Positions 54,050 through 61,970 of a DNA stretch of 64,000 bases are shown one piece after another. Location: positions 138,055 through 202,054 of IMG/VR virus record IMGVR_UViG_3300020469_000008. One strand, given 5' to 3'. Source of the DNA: a virus (taxonomy: Duplodnaviria > Caudoviricetes). The notes under the pieces were generated by a model that did not search any database, was not told the DNA's origin, and saw only the letters and a list, made by a program, of their open reading frames with translations. Every line of letters begins with the position of its first letter. Positions within the stretch are counted from its first letter, which is position 1. The translations under genes were made by a program, and so were the position numbers.

Positions 54050-54078
54050 GTGCAACATTGAAAAGTATACTATATAAT
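54050..54078 (+). promoter_or_regulatory. phage promoter GTGCAA-N17-TATAAT
   Basis: Repeated motif. Confidence 0.7.
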
Positions 54079-54107
54079 AACACAAACCAGACAAAAAAGG
54101 AGACATT

Positions 54108-54446
54108 ATGTCATTGTCAACATCAACAACACCATTCGTAAAACACTTCATAGTAGAGCCTGGTAACATGACTCGCTACGAGTTGCTCTATATCGTCTAT
54201 CCCGACAGTCAGTACGATGTACCTCACTGCGGCGTTACTTGGTTGCAGAGAGGAACCGGTGGTGAGACTTTCGTCTGGGTAAAAGGAAGTTCCATCTACA
54301 GTTCATATGTACTCGAAAAGTCAAACATAAATCGTCCGGACTTGGTCGCCATTCTCTGTTCAATCAAAAAACGATATCCTGACTCTATATCTGAGTTAGT
54401 TGGCTTTGAAGAATATGATGAAAACGGACTTTGGAGGGGTGCATAA
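54108..54446 (+). CDS. hypothetical protein
   Basis: SD AAGGAG after promoter. Confidence 0.6.
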   Translation: MSLSTSTTPFVKHFIVEPGNMTRYELLYIVYPDSQYDVPHCGVTWLQRGTGGETFVWVKGSSIYSSYVLEKSNINRPDLVAILCSIKKRYPDSISELVGFEEYDENGLWRGA

Positions 54447-55108
54447 TGCCAGTATCAAAAACAGTGACACTATATTCTTTTGAAGAACTAAACACGACAA
54501 TACAAGATAACATTATTAGTGCATATGTGCAGGACTTACCCGGGTGGTGGTCAGATGATGTTGAAGAACGAATTAGGAACGAGGCAAAGTCATTAGGGAT
54601 AAATAACTTTGACTTCTCTTGGAGCGGCTTCTGGTCACAAGGTGACGGGTTATCTTTCACCGGCCAAATCAACTTTAAGAACTGGTTGTTCATTCTCACA
54701 GAACGGTTATCTTCTAAACAGTTCTCAGATCTTTGTGGTAAAACACCACAAGAGATAGTCCAACTCAAAGAAGATAATAGAATAGAATGGGGTGGCTGTG
54801 TCATCGAACGATTCAATTACCAGTACTGTCACGAAAACACAGTGCAGGTATCAGAACCTGACTCTAAATTGGGATGGGATGAAAGAAGAGGTTACCCTAG
54901 TGACAATGAGATAATGAGCATCTTCGGTGAGAATGTACAAAGACTATTGCGAGAATGGAAGAATGAATTGTGCAACCGCTGGTATTCAGAATTGCAGAAC
55001 GCATACGAGTCTGTTACTGAGAGAGACAATATCGTCAGGGACATCAACTCAAAGGAGTTACTGTTTACTTCGAGTGGAACAGTTGTTGATGAGGGAGAAA
55101 TGGCTTAA
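54446..55108 (+). CDS. conserved phage/MGE hypothetical protein (SGFWSQGDG family)
   Basis: T.TLYSFEEL...FSWSGFWSQGDGLSF.G; TAATG coupling; function unverified. Confidence 0.55.
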   Translation: MPVSKTVTLYSFEELNTTIQDNIISAYVQDLPGWWSDDVEERIRNEAKSLGINNFDFSWSGFWSQGDGLSFTGQINFKNWLFILTERLSSKQFSDLCGKTPQEIVQLKEDNRIEWGGCVIERFNYQYCHENTVQVSEPDSKLGWDERRGYPSDNEIMSIFGENVQRLLREWKNELCNRWYSELQNAYESVTERDNIVRDINSKELLFTSSGTVVDEGEMA

Positions 55109-55168
55109 TAATCTTTTGTAAAAACGTAAGGTAACGAGATATATTATTACACACCAGGAGCAATACTA

Positions 55169-55339
55169 ATGGAAACCTACATCGTGTCAATACCGATCAC
55201 AACTGATATGGATTCATCACAACTTTTAGATATAATCAATTCTCAGATCTCTCAAATTTTAAGCGATGAAATTGAATCATATGGGTATGAAGTTGAAGTA
55301 GATGAAAACGAGGTTGCTGTAGAAAACGTGAATGAATAG
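55169..55339 (+). CDS. small acidic hypothetical protein (56 aa, not in track)
   Basis: SD AGGAG; METYIVSIPIT... Confidence 0.55.
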   Translation: METYIVSIPITTDMDSSQLLDIINSQISQILSDEIESYGYEVEVDENEVAVENVNE

Positions 55340-55344
55340 ATTTT

Positions 55345-55424
55345 GTCAACCGGTCACCACTCCGGCCCCTCTCACTATGTCCTTGTTGGGCGCGCGAAGT
55401 TTTCGACCGGTTGGCTTTTCTATT
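55345..55424 (+). terminator. large-loop hairpin + U-tract (terminator or structured RNA)
   Basis: GTCAACCGGTC (55345-55355) / GACCGGTTGGC (55405-55415) followed by TTTTCTATTT. Confidence 0.45.
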
Positions 55425-55430
55425 TGTACA

Positions 55431-55460
55431 TAATGTATCTTGCGCCCGCGTATACGCGGG
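55431..55460 (+). repeat. GC-rich direct repeat, copy 2, containing the palindrome CCCGCGTATACGCGGG
   Basis: 16-bp palindrome at 55445-55460. Confidence 0.85.
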
Positions 55461-55466
55461 GAGTAA

Positions 55467-55558
55467 TTGTAAAGAATTGGTGTAGAGATTAACGCACGAG
55501 GTGTAAACCGGGAAGTGGAGCGGGTAATCTCGAGGGTGGGTAACGGGATCCTTTACAA
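55467..55558 (+). ncRNA. candidate multibranch structured RNA / G-rich element
   Basis: TTGTAAAG/CTTTACAA outer stem, GAGATTA/TAATCTC inner stem, five GGG tracts. Confidence 0.4.
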
Positions 55559-55566
55559 GATATAGA

Positions 55567-55595
55567 GTGTAACAGCACATAAGCTGTTGTATACT
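55567..55595 (+). promoter_or_regulatory. phage promoter GTGTAA-N17-TATACT
   Basis: Repeated motif. Confidence 0.75.
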
Positions 55596-55629
55596 AAAAA
55601 CAACCATAAACCCAATAAAGGGAGATAAT

Positions 55630-55965
55630 ATGCGACTCACCATTTGCAAACATTGCAGCGACGCATTTGACAAAAACTCAAGACGTAAAAGAACAGTAGG
55701 GGGTTATATCGATGAGTGTCCTAGCTGTGTTGAAGAACTTGGGACGGAAACAAACGAGACAATCCGCGGGGTTATTAGTGGTGACGGTAAAATGGCGTGC
55801 ATTCAGATTCTAAAGTTTGATAGCAAGTCAGAAGCAGATCAGTACTGCAGCGCTTGGAATGCCAACAGCGGATGGAACAATCGACGTAGCGGTGGTCTTG
55901 ATGACGTGAAGTTCCAGAAGATCGGAGAAAACGCGGGTAATACAAACCACAAAGGAAAACTGTAA
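55630..55965 (+). CDS. hypothetical protein with two CxxC pairs
   Basis: CKHC ... CPSC; SD GGGAG. Confidence 0.6.
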   Translation: MRLTICKHCSDAFDKNSRRKRTVGGYIDECPSCVEELGTETNETIRGVISGDGKMACIQILKFDSKSEADQYCSAWNANSGWNNRRSGGLDDVKFQKIGENAGNTNHKGKL

Positions 55966-56015
55966 AAGTGCAACAGCACAAAACCAATAGTATACTAAAA
56001 CCACACAACAACCAA
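55965..56015 (+). repeat. 51-bp exact direct repeat (promoter + leader), also at 57652-57702
   Basis: AAAGTGCAACAGCACAAAACCAATAGTATACTAAAACCACACAACAACCAA. Confidence 0.85.
55968..55996 (+). promoter_or_regulatory. phage promoter GTGCAA-N17-TATACT
   Basis: Repeated motif. Confidence 0.75.
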
Positions 56016-56025
56016 TGGAGGTCAT

Positions 56026-56247
56026 ATGGCTACAAATATCTACAAAGTAATAACTTATGAGAGCGCGGTTCAAATGTTTATCGATCATGAACTGCCAGGT
56101 ATTCAAAATCAATATGAAGAAGACGGTGTTCCTGACAGACCGGCAAGGAACGAAGGGTGGCATAACTTTGTCAACTGGCTATGGGAAAACAAAGAGATTA
56201 GTGATTGGCAATCGGAAAACTGGTCAGTACCTGAAATATGCGGGTGA
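56026..56247 (+). CDS. hypothetical protein
   Basis: SD GGAGG. Confidence 0.6.
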   Translation: MATNIYKVITYESAVQMFIDHELPGIQNQYEEDGVPDRPARNEGWHNFVNWLWENKEISDWQSENWSVPEICG

Positions 56248-56257
56248 GGAGAAAAAC

Positions 56258-56539
56258 ATGACAACATTACCAAAGTATTCAAATGAACCAAACTTTGTCG
56301 GGTATCCACTGTGGTATATCATCGACGATCATAAAGCGCAATGTAATGAATGTGCTACAGTTTCAAAGTCAGAGGGCTTCACAACTTCAAAGCAGGTGAA
56401 CTGGGAAGATACAAACCTGTGGTGTGATGAGTGCAGTGAGAAGATAGAATCAGCATACGGAGAAGATCCAGATGAGAAGGAGCCTGATGATGACACTACT
56501 GAGGACTTCGATGACCCGTACATAAAAGCAAAAGAATAA
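56258..56539 (+). CDS. small Zn-finger-like phage protein
   Basis: GYPLWY...CNEC...VNWED..L.CDEC...IESAYG; ATG 56258 after GAGGAG. Confidence 0.6.
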   Translation: MTTLPKYSNEPNFVGYPLWYIIDDHKAQCNECATVSKSEGFTTSKQVNWEDTNLWCDECSEKIESAYGEDPDEKEPDDDTTEDFDDPYIKAKE

Positions 56540-56544
56540 ACTCC

Positions 56545-56671
56545 GTGGTTGGTGTTTAGCAATCTGTATACAAGGGCGCAAGGACGGCATAGGTCGACGA
56601 GGCAGCCGTATACAGATTGCGGAGAGAGAGCTGGTTACTCTCGGGAAAGGGTGGGCACATTCACCGACCAC
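56545..56671 (+). ncRNA. candidate three-way-junction structured RNA
   Basis: Outer stem 56545-54/56662-71; 13-bp stem 56559-71/56608-20; GAGAG/CTCTC hairpin 56626-42. Confidence 0.55.
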
Positions 56672-56675
56672 AAAA

Positions 56676-56704
56676 ATGTAACAACTACAATAGTGTAGTA
56701 TAAT
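56676..56704 (+). promoter_or_regulatory. phage promoter variant ATGTAA-N17-TATAAT
   Basis: Repeated motif variant. Confidence 0.65.
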
Positions 56705-56736
56705 AAAACCACAACCCCAACTACAAGGAAAATAAT

Positions 56737-56946
56737 ATGAATATGTACGCCAACATTATCAACCGGTTCTTTGATTACAAAGACCAAACCTACCAAATCA
56801 CTTCCGAAGTAGTTCAAGCTAACAGCCTCGCGGATGACTTTCACTCCTATCGTGTGTGTACAAACGTTAAGACAGGGAAAGTTGTCAAGTTCTTCTATGA
56901 AGAGTTCTGGAATGTGACAGCCCGAGGTTACACTGCAGAAGTGTAA
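56737..56946 (+). CDS. hypothetical protein
   Basis: SD AAGGA; stop codon is the TAA of the next GTGTAA box. Confidence 0.6.
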   Translation: MNMYANIINRFFDYKDQTYQITSEVVQANSLADDFHSYRVCTNVKTGKVVKFFYEEFWNVTARGYTAEV

Positions 56947-56969
56947 CTCTGGTAAATGTAGTGTATACT
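56941..56969 (+). promoter_or_regulatory. phage promoter GTGTAA-N17-TATACT
   Basis: Repeated motif. Confidence 0.75.
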
Positions 56970-57003
56970 AAAGCCGTAAACCTCCCAACTAAAGGAAACA
57001 ATA

Positions 57004-57378
57004 ATGATCTTAACTAATAACAATGAAAACATTGGAAGGTCTGATGAATACAAACAAGTGTGTGTCTGGCCCGGTATTATTATCGCAGATAATCAGATCG
57101 AAAACTTTGAAAACTACTTCAGTAAAGAAGGTTTTAGAGTTCAGTTCTTAGAATCAATACAGACAAAACCTGATCGAGACGAAAGTGGAGATGACGTAAG
57201 CGAATCCGGCGGCAGAATTGATGCAATCTTTGCAGTTCATAACGATGATGTAATGAAGTTCTCTATCCCACGCTTAGGTATGGGTATCAGGTGGATTGAG
57301 GACGTTTTAGATAATGAAGCGCGTAAAACAGAACACAGTATCTATCCAGATCGTGTCAAAGAATATAGAACTTGGTAG
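57004..57378 (+). CDS. hypothetical protein
   Basis: SD AAAGGA. Confidence 0.65.
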   Translation: MILTNNNENIGRSDEYKQVCVWPGIIIADNQIENFENYFSKEGFRVQFLESIQTKPDRDESGDDVSESGGRIDAIFAVHNDDVMKFSIPRLGMGIRWIEDVLDNEARKTEHSIYPDRVKEYRTW

Positions 57379-57387
57379 GAGAAAACT

Positions 57388-57648
57388 ATGTACAATCGAA
57401 TAGACTTGAGCAACTCAGCAATTGATGACAAACCGCTTTACTTGGCAATTTGGCCTGATAGTGATGAAGTACCAGAAGTCTGGACTTACAAGAAAGCAGA
57501 TGAAGCTTTCGGCGAGATACTAGAGGTGATGGAAATGATCAGGCATTTGGATTACTACGAAGAACTATACCACGAGGAAAGCAACTTCGTCTTAATGCGA
57601 ATCCCATCTTGGCTTGATGTGCCAAAGATTAAGTACCAAGTGCAGTGA
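57388..57648 (+). CDS. hypothetical protein
   Basis: SD AGGAG. Confidence 0.6.
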   Translation: MYNRIDLSNSAIDDKPLYLAIWPDSDEVPEVWTYKKADEAFGEILEVMEMIRHLDYYEELYHEESNFVLMRIPSWLDVPKIKYQVQ

Positions 57649-57654
57649 GGTAAA

Positions 57655-57683
57655 GTGCAACAGCACAAAACCAATAGTATACT
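57655..57683 (+). promoter_or_regulatory. phage promoter GTGCAA-N17-TATACT
   Basis: Repeated motif, identical to the copy at 55968. Confidence 0.75.
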
Positions 57684-57721
57684 AAAACCACACAACAACC
57701 AACCAACTCTAAGGAGACTAA

Positions 57722-58474
57722 ATGAAACTAAATGTTAAAATTGAAGAGATACCGTTCGGAACAAACATTCAAGATGTTGAAGTGCCAGATGTACTCAAAA
57801 CCAAAGTCCCATCAGGCCTAGGCTACTTTGATTATGCTCTTGGTGGTAAAGGGTTCACACCATCCCTTTGCGGCTTGTTTACTGGAACTCCAGGCGCCGG
57901 CAAAACCACTATGATGTTGACTCTGGCTAATGCCCTCCAAGGTCACGGAGCTCAGGTGGTATTCAATACTGCAGAGGAGTCACTATATCAAGTCAAAATG
58001 TCAGCCGACCGTTTGAGGCTGAGACACTCATTCATGTTAGGTGGCGAGTCTAATGTGCCAACACTACTCGCTGGATGCGATAAGGTTCGAAAGGCAAATC
58101 CTGATAAGCCATTCTTCCTGATTGTGGACTCACTCCAATGTATGGATGATGGGCACTTTAACTCAGGCCGTATTACAACTGCGACTGCCGAAAGAGCACT
58201 AGCATTGTTGACTTCATATGCAAAGGAAAATGCTTGTAATGTGCTAGTCATCGGACAAGTCAATAAAGACGGCAAAATGAGCGGCTCAAATAAGTTGAAG
58301 CATATGGTGGATATGCACATTCACTTAAGTGTTGAAGACAAGGACGAGGACCTCATGGGTTGCCGAATCTTAAACACACAAAAGAACCGTTTTGGTGGGG
58401 CAGGTCATGTAGTATTCCTCCGACTCAAAAAGAACGGCTTCAGTGAAGTTGCCCGCATTGGTGCTGATGACTGA
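57722..58474 (+). CDS. radA: RadA/Sms-like RecA-fold ATPase, copy 2
   Basis: Paralog of 41918-42673; GTPGAGKTT, IVDSLQ, KNRFG. Confidence 0.8.
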   Translation: MKLNVKIEEIPFGTNIQDVEVPDVLKTKVPSGLGYFDYALGGKGFTPSLCGLFTGTPGAGKTTMMLTLANALQGHGAQVVFNTAEESLYQVKMSADRLRLRHSFMLGGESNVPTLLAGCDKVRKANPDKPFFLIVDSLQCMDDGHFNSGRITTATAERALALLTSYAKENACNVLVIGQVNKDGKMSGSNKLKHMVDMHIHLSVEDKDEDLMGCRILNTQKNRFGGAGHVVFLRLKKNGFSEVARIGADD

Positions 58475-58488
58475 TTGATGGGGAGACT

Positions 58489-58518
58489 CACACCCTGGAA
58501 ACGGGGTGTGCAGTTTTT
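58489..58518 (+). terminator. intrinsic terminator
   Basis: CACACCC-tggaaacg-GGGTGTG then CAGTTTTT. Confidence 0.6.
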
Positions 58519-58527
58519 ACACTAAAA

Positions 58528-58555
58528 GTGTAACTCTGCAAGCATAGTGTATACT
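58528..58555 (+). promoter_or_regulatory. phage promoter GTGTAA-N16-TATACT
   Basis: Repeated motif with a 16-bp spacer. Confidence 0.65.
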
Positions 58556-58585
58556 AATAACACAACCAATAACGGAGGAGCTAAA

Positions 58586-59194
58586 ATGGCTTTTACTAAA
58601 GACACAATCTCAAATCTACTAAACCAACACCCGTTGCTTATTGACAAAGCTATTGAGATGATTGGTGATAATCAAACAGCAGATGAGCTCGGCTCTCGAC
58701 ACACCAAGTATGAAAACGGTATCGGGTTCACTGCTTCCTATGGGACCATTGGTACTGTCCTCTATCAGTTTGTGACAGGCCGTGACTGCCGGCGACCAGG
58801 TCATCCAGTTCGATGGAAGCCAAAGTCACTTATCACTGACGGTGATGTTTTGGATAGAACTCGTGATATGCGTCGATTCAAATACCGTAATCCGCACTAT
58901 GCGCAATCAACTCCTCGCGAAATTGCTAAAATGATCGCAGTGCTTCACTGGCGGCAGTTAGGTGGTTTAATGGATCGCAGCAATTGGGTACAACCACCAG
59001 CAACTGCGACAACACAGCAGCCACAAACAATGGTGGTGCGATACACTCGCATTGTAAAAGAGACACAACGTGCAATCTTACTTGAGAAGGTTGATACTGA
59101 AGGTATTGCTTGGGAAAGGTGGATACCCAAGTCAATGATAGTCACTGACGGACGCCTTATTCAAGGCCAGTTTACAATTAAGCGACCAGCTTAA
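58586..59194 (+). CDS. hypothetical phage protein
   Basis: ATG 58586 after GGAGGAG; QTADE...T...NGIGF motif. Confidence 0.6.
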   Translation: MAFTKDTISNLLNQHPLLIDKAIEMIGDNQTADELGSRHTKYENGIGFTASYGTIGTVLYQFVTGRDCRRPGHPVRWKPKSLITDGDVLDRTRDMRRFKYRNPHYAQSTPREIAKMIAVLHWRQLGGLMDRSNWVQPPATATTQQPQTMVVRYTRIVKETQRAILLEKVDTEGIAWERWIPKSMIVTDGRLIQGQFTIKRPA

Positions 59195-59357
59195 GAGTTT
59201 ACAAATGGTATTGTACACAGTATTCATACTGGCTCTATTCTTAGGGTCAGTTATTGTCCCTCTGCAGATCGCTGCAGTAGAGTTCGAATCTGAGAGGGAG
59301 AGATGTGACCCATATACAAAGGTATGGGAAGACACATCAGTTATGCAGAGGTAGATT

Positions 59358-59612
59358 ATGAGTGAGTGGTTTTTCCTACAACAAATGAAAAAAAGACAAA
59401 GTGATGGCGAAGATAAAGAAGATAAGCTAAGTGCAATCCGAATTCAAATCAGAGATACACTTCGCGAAGAGAGCCTTCTTAAGAACAAGCTGGATACGAT
59501 ACCCGCAAAGGATAGATTTGGTCACCCATTGAGGATTGAGTGGATCGCAGCCCGATCAAAGTATTGGGATTTGATTGCTAAAATGAGAGATATAGAACGC
59601 GGTAAAGTGTAA
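59358..59612 (+). CDS. hypothetical protein
   Basis: SD GAGG; ends GKV* at the promoter box. Confidence 0.55.
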   Translation: MSEWFFLQQMKKRQSDGEDKEDKLSAIRIQIRDTLREESLLKNKLDTIPAKDRFGHPLRIEWIAARSKYWDLIAKMRDIERGKV

Positions 59613-59635
59613 CCGGTGAATAACTTTGGTATACT
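59607..59635 (+). promoter_or_regulatory. phage promoter GTGTAA-N17-TATACT
   Basis: Repeated motif. Confidence 0.75.
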
Positions 59636-59659
59636 ATAAACACAACCAAAGGAGATAAT

Positions 59660-59794
59660 ATGTCTAAAAAGAAGAAGAATACAAAACGAAACTGGCTTGC
59701 GGTGCACGCTTTTCAAAGAAGCGGGGCTGGACACCACGGAGATAAGAAGAAGGCAAAAAGCAAGAAGGCTTGCAGAGGAAAGGTGAGAGTATGA
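59660..59794 (+). CDS. small basic protein (44 aa, not in track)
   Basis: SD AAAGGAG; RNWLAVHAFQRSGAGHHGDKKK...ACRGK. Confidence 0.6.
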   Translation: MSKKKKNTKRNWLAVHAFQRSGAGHHGDKKKAKSKKACRGKVRV

Positions 59795-59979
59795 CAGTGA
59801 AAATAGGCCAGGTATATACCCGCGAAGGAAGAAGATATCAGATTATGCAGATAAAATCATCACTTGTTATTGCCCACTCTTATGGTGAAGATCACGGTGT
59901 TGACACTATTATTTATGTTAATAAAGAAAGCGGTAAAGTGATAGCGACAAAAGCTCGATATGGAAGGAAACCAAAGTGA
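59791..59979 (+). CDS. hypothetical protein
   Basis: ATGA overlap; MTVKIGQVY. Confidence 0.55.
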   Translation: MTVKIGQVYTREGRRYQIMQIKSSLVIAHSYGEDHGVDTIIYVNKESGKVIATKARYGRKPK

Positions 59980-60058
59980 TAGAGCTTGTTTTAGCTTCAA
60001 CCGTATGGGCTTTGATGTTCTTGCTAGCACTTTTTGTCTACAAAAATAATAAGTAAAA

Positions 60059-60087
60059 GTGTAACTCTGACAAGCATAGTGTATACT
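60059..60087 (+). promoter_or_regulatory. phage promoter GTGTAA-N17-TATACT
   Basis: Repeated motif. Confidence 0.75.
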
Positions 60088-60125
60088 AATAACACAACCA
60101 ATAACAATCAACCAAAGGAAATAAT

Positions 60126-60599
60126 ATGACAAAATGTAAAGTAACAGTTCATGATAGAGTTTACTTAGATGTACCAGGCAAGAGAATGGTGATCGAGCTG
60201 CTCGATGGATATGATGCGGATGGAGACTATATAGATGCTTGGCGACTCATCGACCTCAACACAGGTGAAGAGTTTTACCGAGATGTGAACCTGCATGATG
60301 TGATTCACCAGGCTTCGCTAATGACTTGCGAGGCACAGGACGATCACTATGATGAGTACATTGTAGGGCGAACTCCAGAATCAGACTATAGAGTTTTTCG
60401 AGCCTTGCCTATGGCTGTTAGATTAGAATGGATCACATCACACGCCGGTGACTTGGAACATGACTTCAAGCTAGACGGTGACACGCGTGACCCGATTGCA
60501 GTCGCAACACAAGAGCTCAATGACATATACAATGAAAAGCCGTGTTTCTACTTAGATCGCCAGGCTGGCAAATGGGAGCTTGATTGCGACCGTTGCTAA
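60126..60599 (+). CDS. hypothetical protein
   Basis: SD AAAGGA. Confidence 0.65.
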   Translation: MTKCKVTVHDRVYLDVPGKRMVIELLDGYDADGDYIDAWRLIDLNTGEEFYRDVNLHDVIHQASLMTCEAQDDHYDEYIVGRTPESDYRVFRALPMAVRLEWITSHAGDLEHDFKLDGDTRDPIAVATQELNDIYNEKPCFYLDRQAGKWELDCDRC

Positions 60600-60601
60600 A
60601 A

Positions 60602-60630
60602 GTGCAACCCTGGCAAGCATAGTATATACT
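60602..60630 (+). promoter_or_regulatory. phage promoter GTGCAA-N17-TATACT
   Basis: Repeated motif. Confidence 0.75.
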
Positions 60631-60657
60631 AAATAAGAACTAACCAAAGGAGATAAA

Positions 60658-60900
60658 ATGGCTAATCAAACAACTGTACCACATTTAGTACTTGAAAGGT
60701 TTCCGCACGTTGCCCGGGCGATCGAAATACCTGAAGACATAAAAGGCAATCTAGAACTTGAACACGAGTTCCTCTTCCCATTGATTATGCGCGATTATCG
60801 ATCTGAGTGGTCTATCATCTGCGATGAAGTAGACAAAGCTATCGAAGATGGTTCTGCTTACTTCGACAGTGCAAGTGGTATCATTACACAGGTACATTAG
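60658..60900 (+). CDS. hypothetical protein
   Basis: SD AAAGGAG. Confidence 0.6.
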   Translation: MANQTTVPHLVLERFPHVARAIEIPEDIKGNLELEHEFLFPLIMRDYRSEWSIICDEVDKAIEDGSAYFDSASGIITQVH

Positions 60901-61020
60901 TTATGAATGATATGAAATATATAGTTTTTGGAGCAATACTCGTAATCTATCTAGACTGGAGCCGACTCTTCGGAGACATACAAAGAATAATAACATTAGT
61001 AACAACAGAGGTACAAACAC

Positions 61021-61275
61021 ATGAACAAACGAATGACTAATGAGCAACTAACACATATTGATGAACTGGTTGAGAACTACAAACAAATGATTGAAGTTTA
61101 TCCTCGATCTAATATCTTAAGAGATGCGCGAATTCACCACACATCAATGGCAGCTGGAGGAGACGGAGGTCCAATTGGATACGACGATGAATCGACCATT
61201 CGTGGGTACTACTATTCGAATTATCCTGATGTGTTCTTCCAGCGAATCTGTGAAAGAATGCGATGGGAGTGGTAG
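61021..61275 (+). CDS. hypothetical protein
   Basis: SD GAGG. Confidence 0.6.
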   Translation: MNKRMTNEQLTHIDELVENYKQMIEVYPRSNILRDARIHHTSMAAGGDGGPIGYDDESTIRGYYYSNYPDVFFQRICERMRWEW

Positions 61276-61373
61276 GTGCACATCATCGAACTAGGACACA
61301 CAATCGGTTACGCGATACTGATCTTCGGTTTTGCGACCATAATCTTCCTGACGATTGCAGAAGACGACTAAAA

Positions 61374-61402
61374 GTGTAACCCTGGCAAGCATAGTGTATA
61401 CT
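61374..61402 (+). promoter_or_regulatory. phage promoter GTGTAA-N17-TATACT
   Basis: Repeated motif. Confidence 0.75.
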
Positions 61403-61427
61403 ATATACACAACCAATAGGAGCTAAT

Positions 61428-61730
61428 ATGAGTACAGGGTTCAAAGTAAAGACACACATCGGAGTTATGGATAGCGAACCAGAGATCGCATTGCGGTTTT
61501 GGGGAGGATCCAAACATAAACAAACAGTTCGATTTGCATTTCCGAAGCAGGTAATGTTTCATCTAAAAGATGTCGTAGTCTGGGGTGATGATGGTTCTAG
61601 AACAACACTTGGTGCACTATTTGACGAGTGTCATACATGTGACTTCCTAAATGCTGAGAGAGCGGATGACTTCTTGGCTTGGGGATCTAAACACCCACAA
61701 CCCGCAGATACGGAAAGGTTCTTAGTTTAA
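61428..61730 (+). CDS. hypothetical protein
   Basis: SD AGGAG. Confidence 0.6.
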   Translation: MSTGFKVKTHIGVMDSEPEIALRFWGGSKHKQTVRFAFPKQVMFHLKDVVVWGDDGSRTTLGALFDECHTCDFLNAERADDFLAWGSKHPQPADTERFLV

Positions 61731-61736
61731 CCAAAA

Positions 61737-61765
61737 GTGTAACCAATACAAACCTATAGTATACT
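61737..61765 (+). promoter_or_regulatory. phage promoter GTGTAA-N17-TATACT
   Basis: Repeated motif. Confidence 0.75.
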
Positions 61766-61793
61766 AATAAAGAACCCCCAACCAAAGGAAAAT

Positions 61794-61961
61794 ATGTTAG
61801 TCAAAGTAAAAGAAGAACTTAAAAATAGTGAAGCTCGTGGACAGTGGGCTGGCCGAACAGGATTAGTTGTAAAGGTACTCAAGTCTTGTAAGGCCGTCCG
61901 GTTTTGTTCCGGTGAAACAGTCAAGTTTTATCACCAACATCTTGAAACCATCAACCAATAG
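61794..61961 (+). CDS. small KOW/SH3-like protein (55 aa, not in track)
   Basis: LVKVK...GRTGLVVKV...HLETI; SD AAAGGA. Confidence 0.55.
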   Translation: MLVKVKEELKNSEARGQWAGRTGLVVKVLKSCKAVRFCSGETVKFYHQHLETINQ

Positions 61962-61970
61962 GAAAATAAT

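Noticed and set aside
54446-55108. Toxin-antitoxin system
   Set aside because: From memory this family is sometimes labelled antitoxin in databases, but no toxin partner or supporting motif is visible here
55236-55673. 145-aa minus-strand ORF (also 56450-56671 and other antisense ORFs in the track)
   Set aside because: They are shadows of + strand genes or of GC-rich non-coding elements, with no SD or recognisable motifs
56572-56607. SRP (4.5S) RNA, suggested by the trailing GCAGCC
   Set aside because: It lacks the CAGG/AGCA symmetric loop and GNRA tetraloop geometry of helix 8
56545-56671. Retron msr-msd or hammerhead ribozyme
   Set aside because: No adjacent reverse transcriptase, and no CUGANGA/GAAA core seen on either strand
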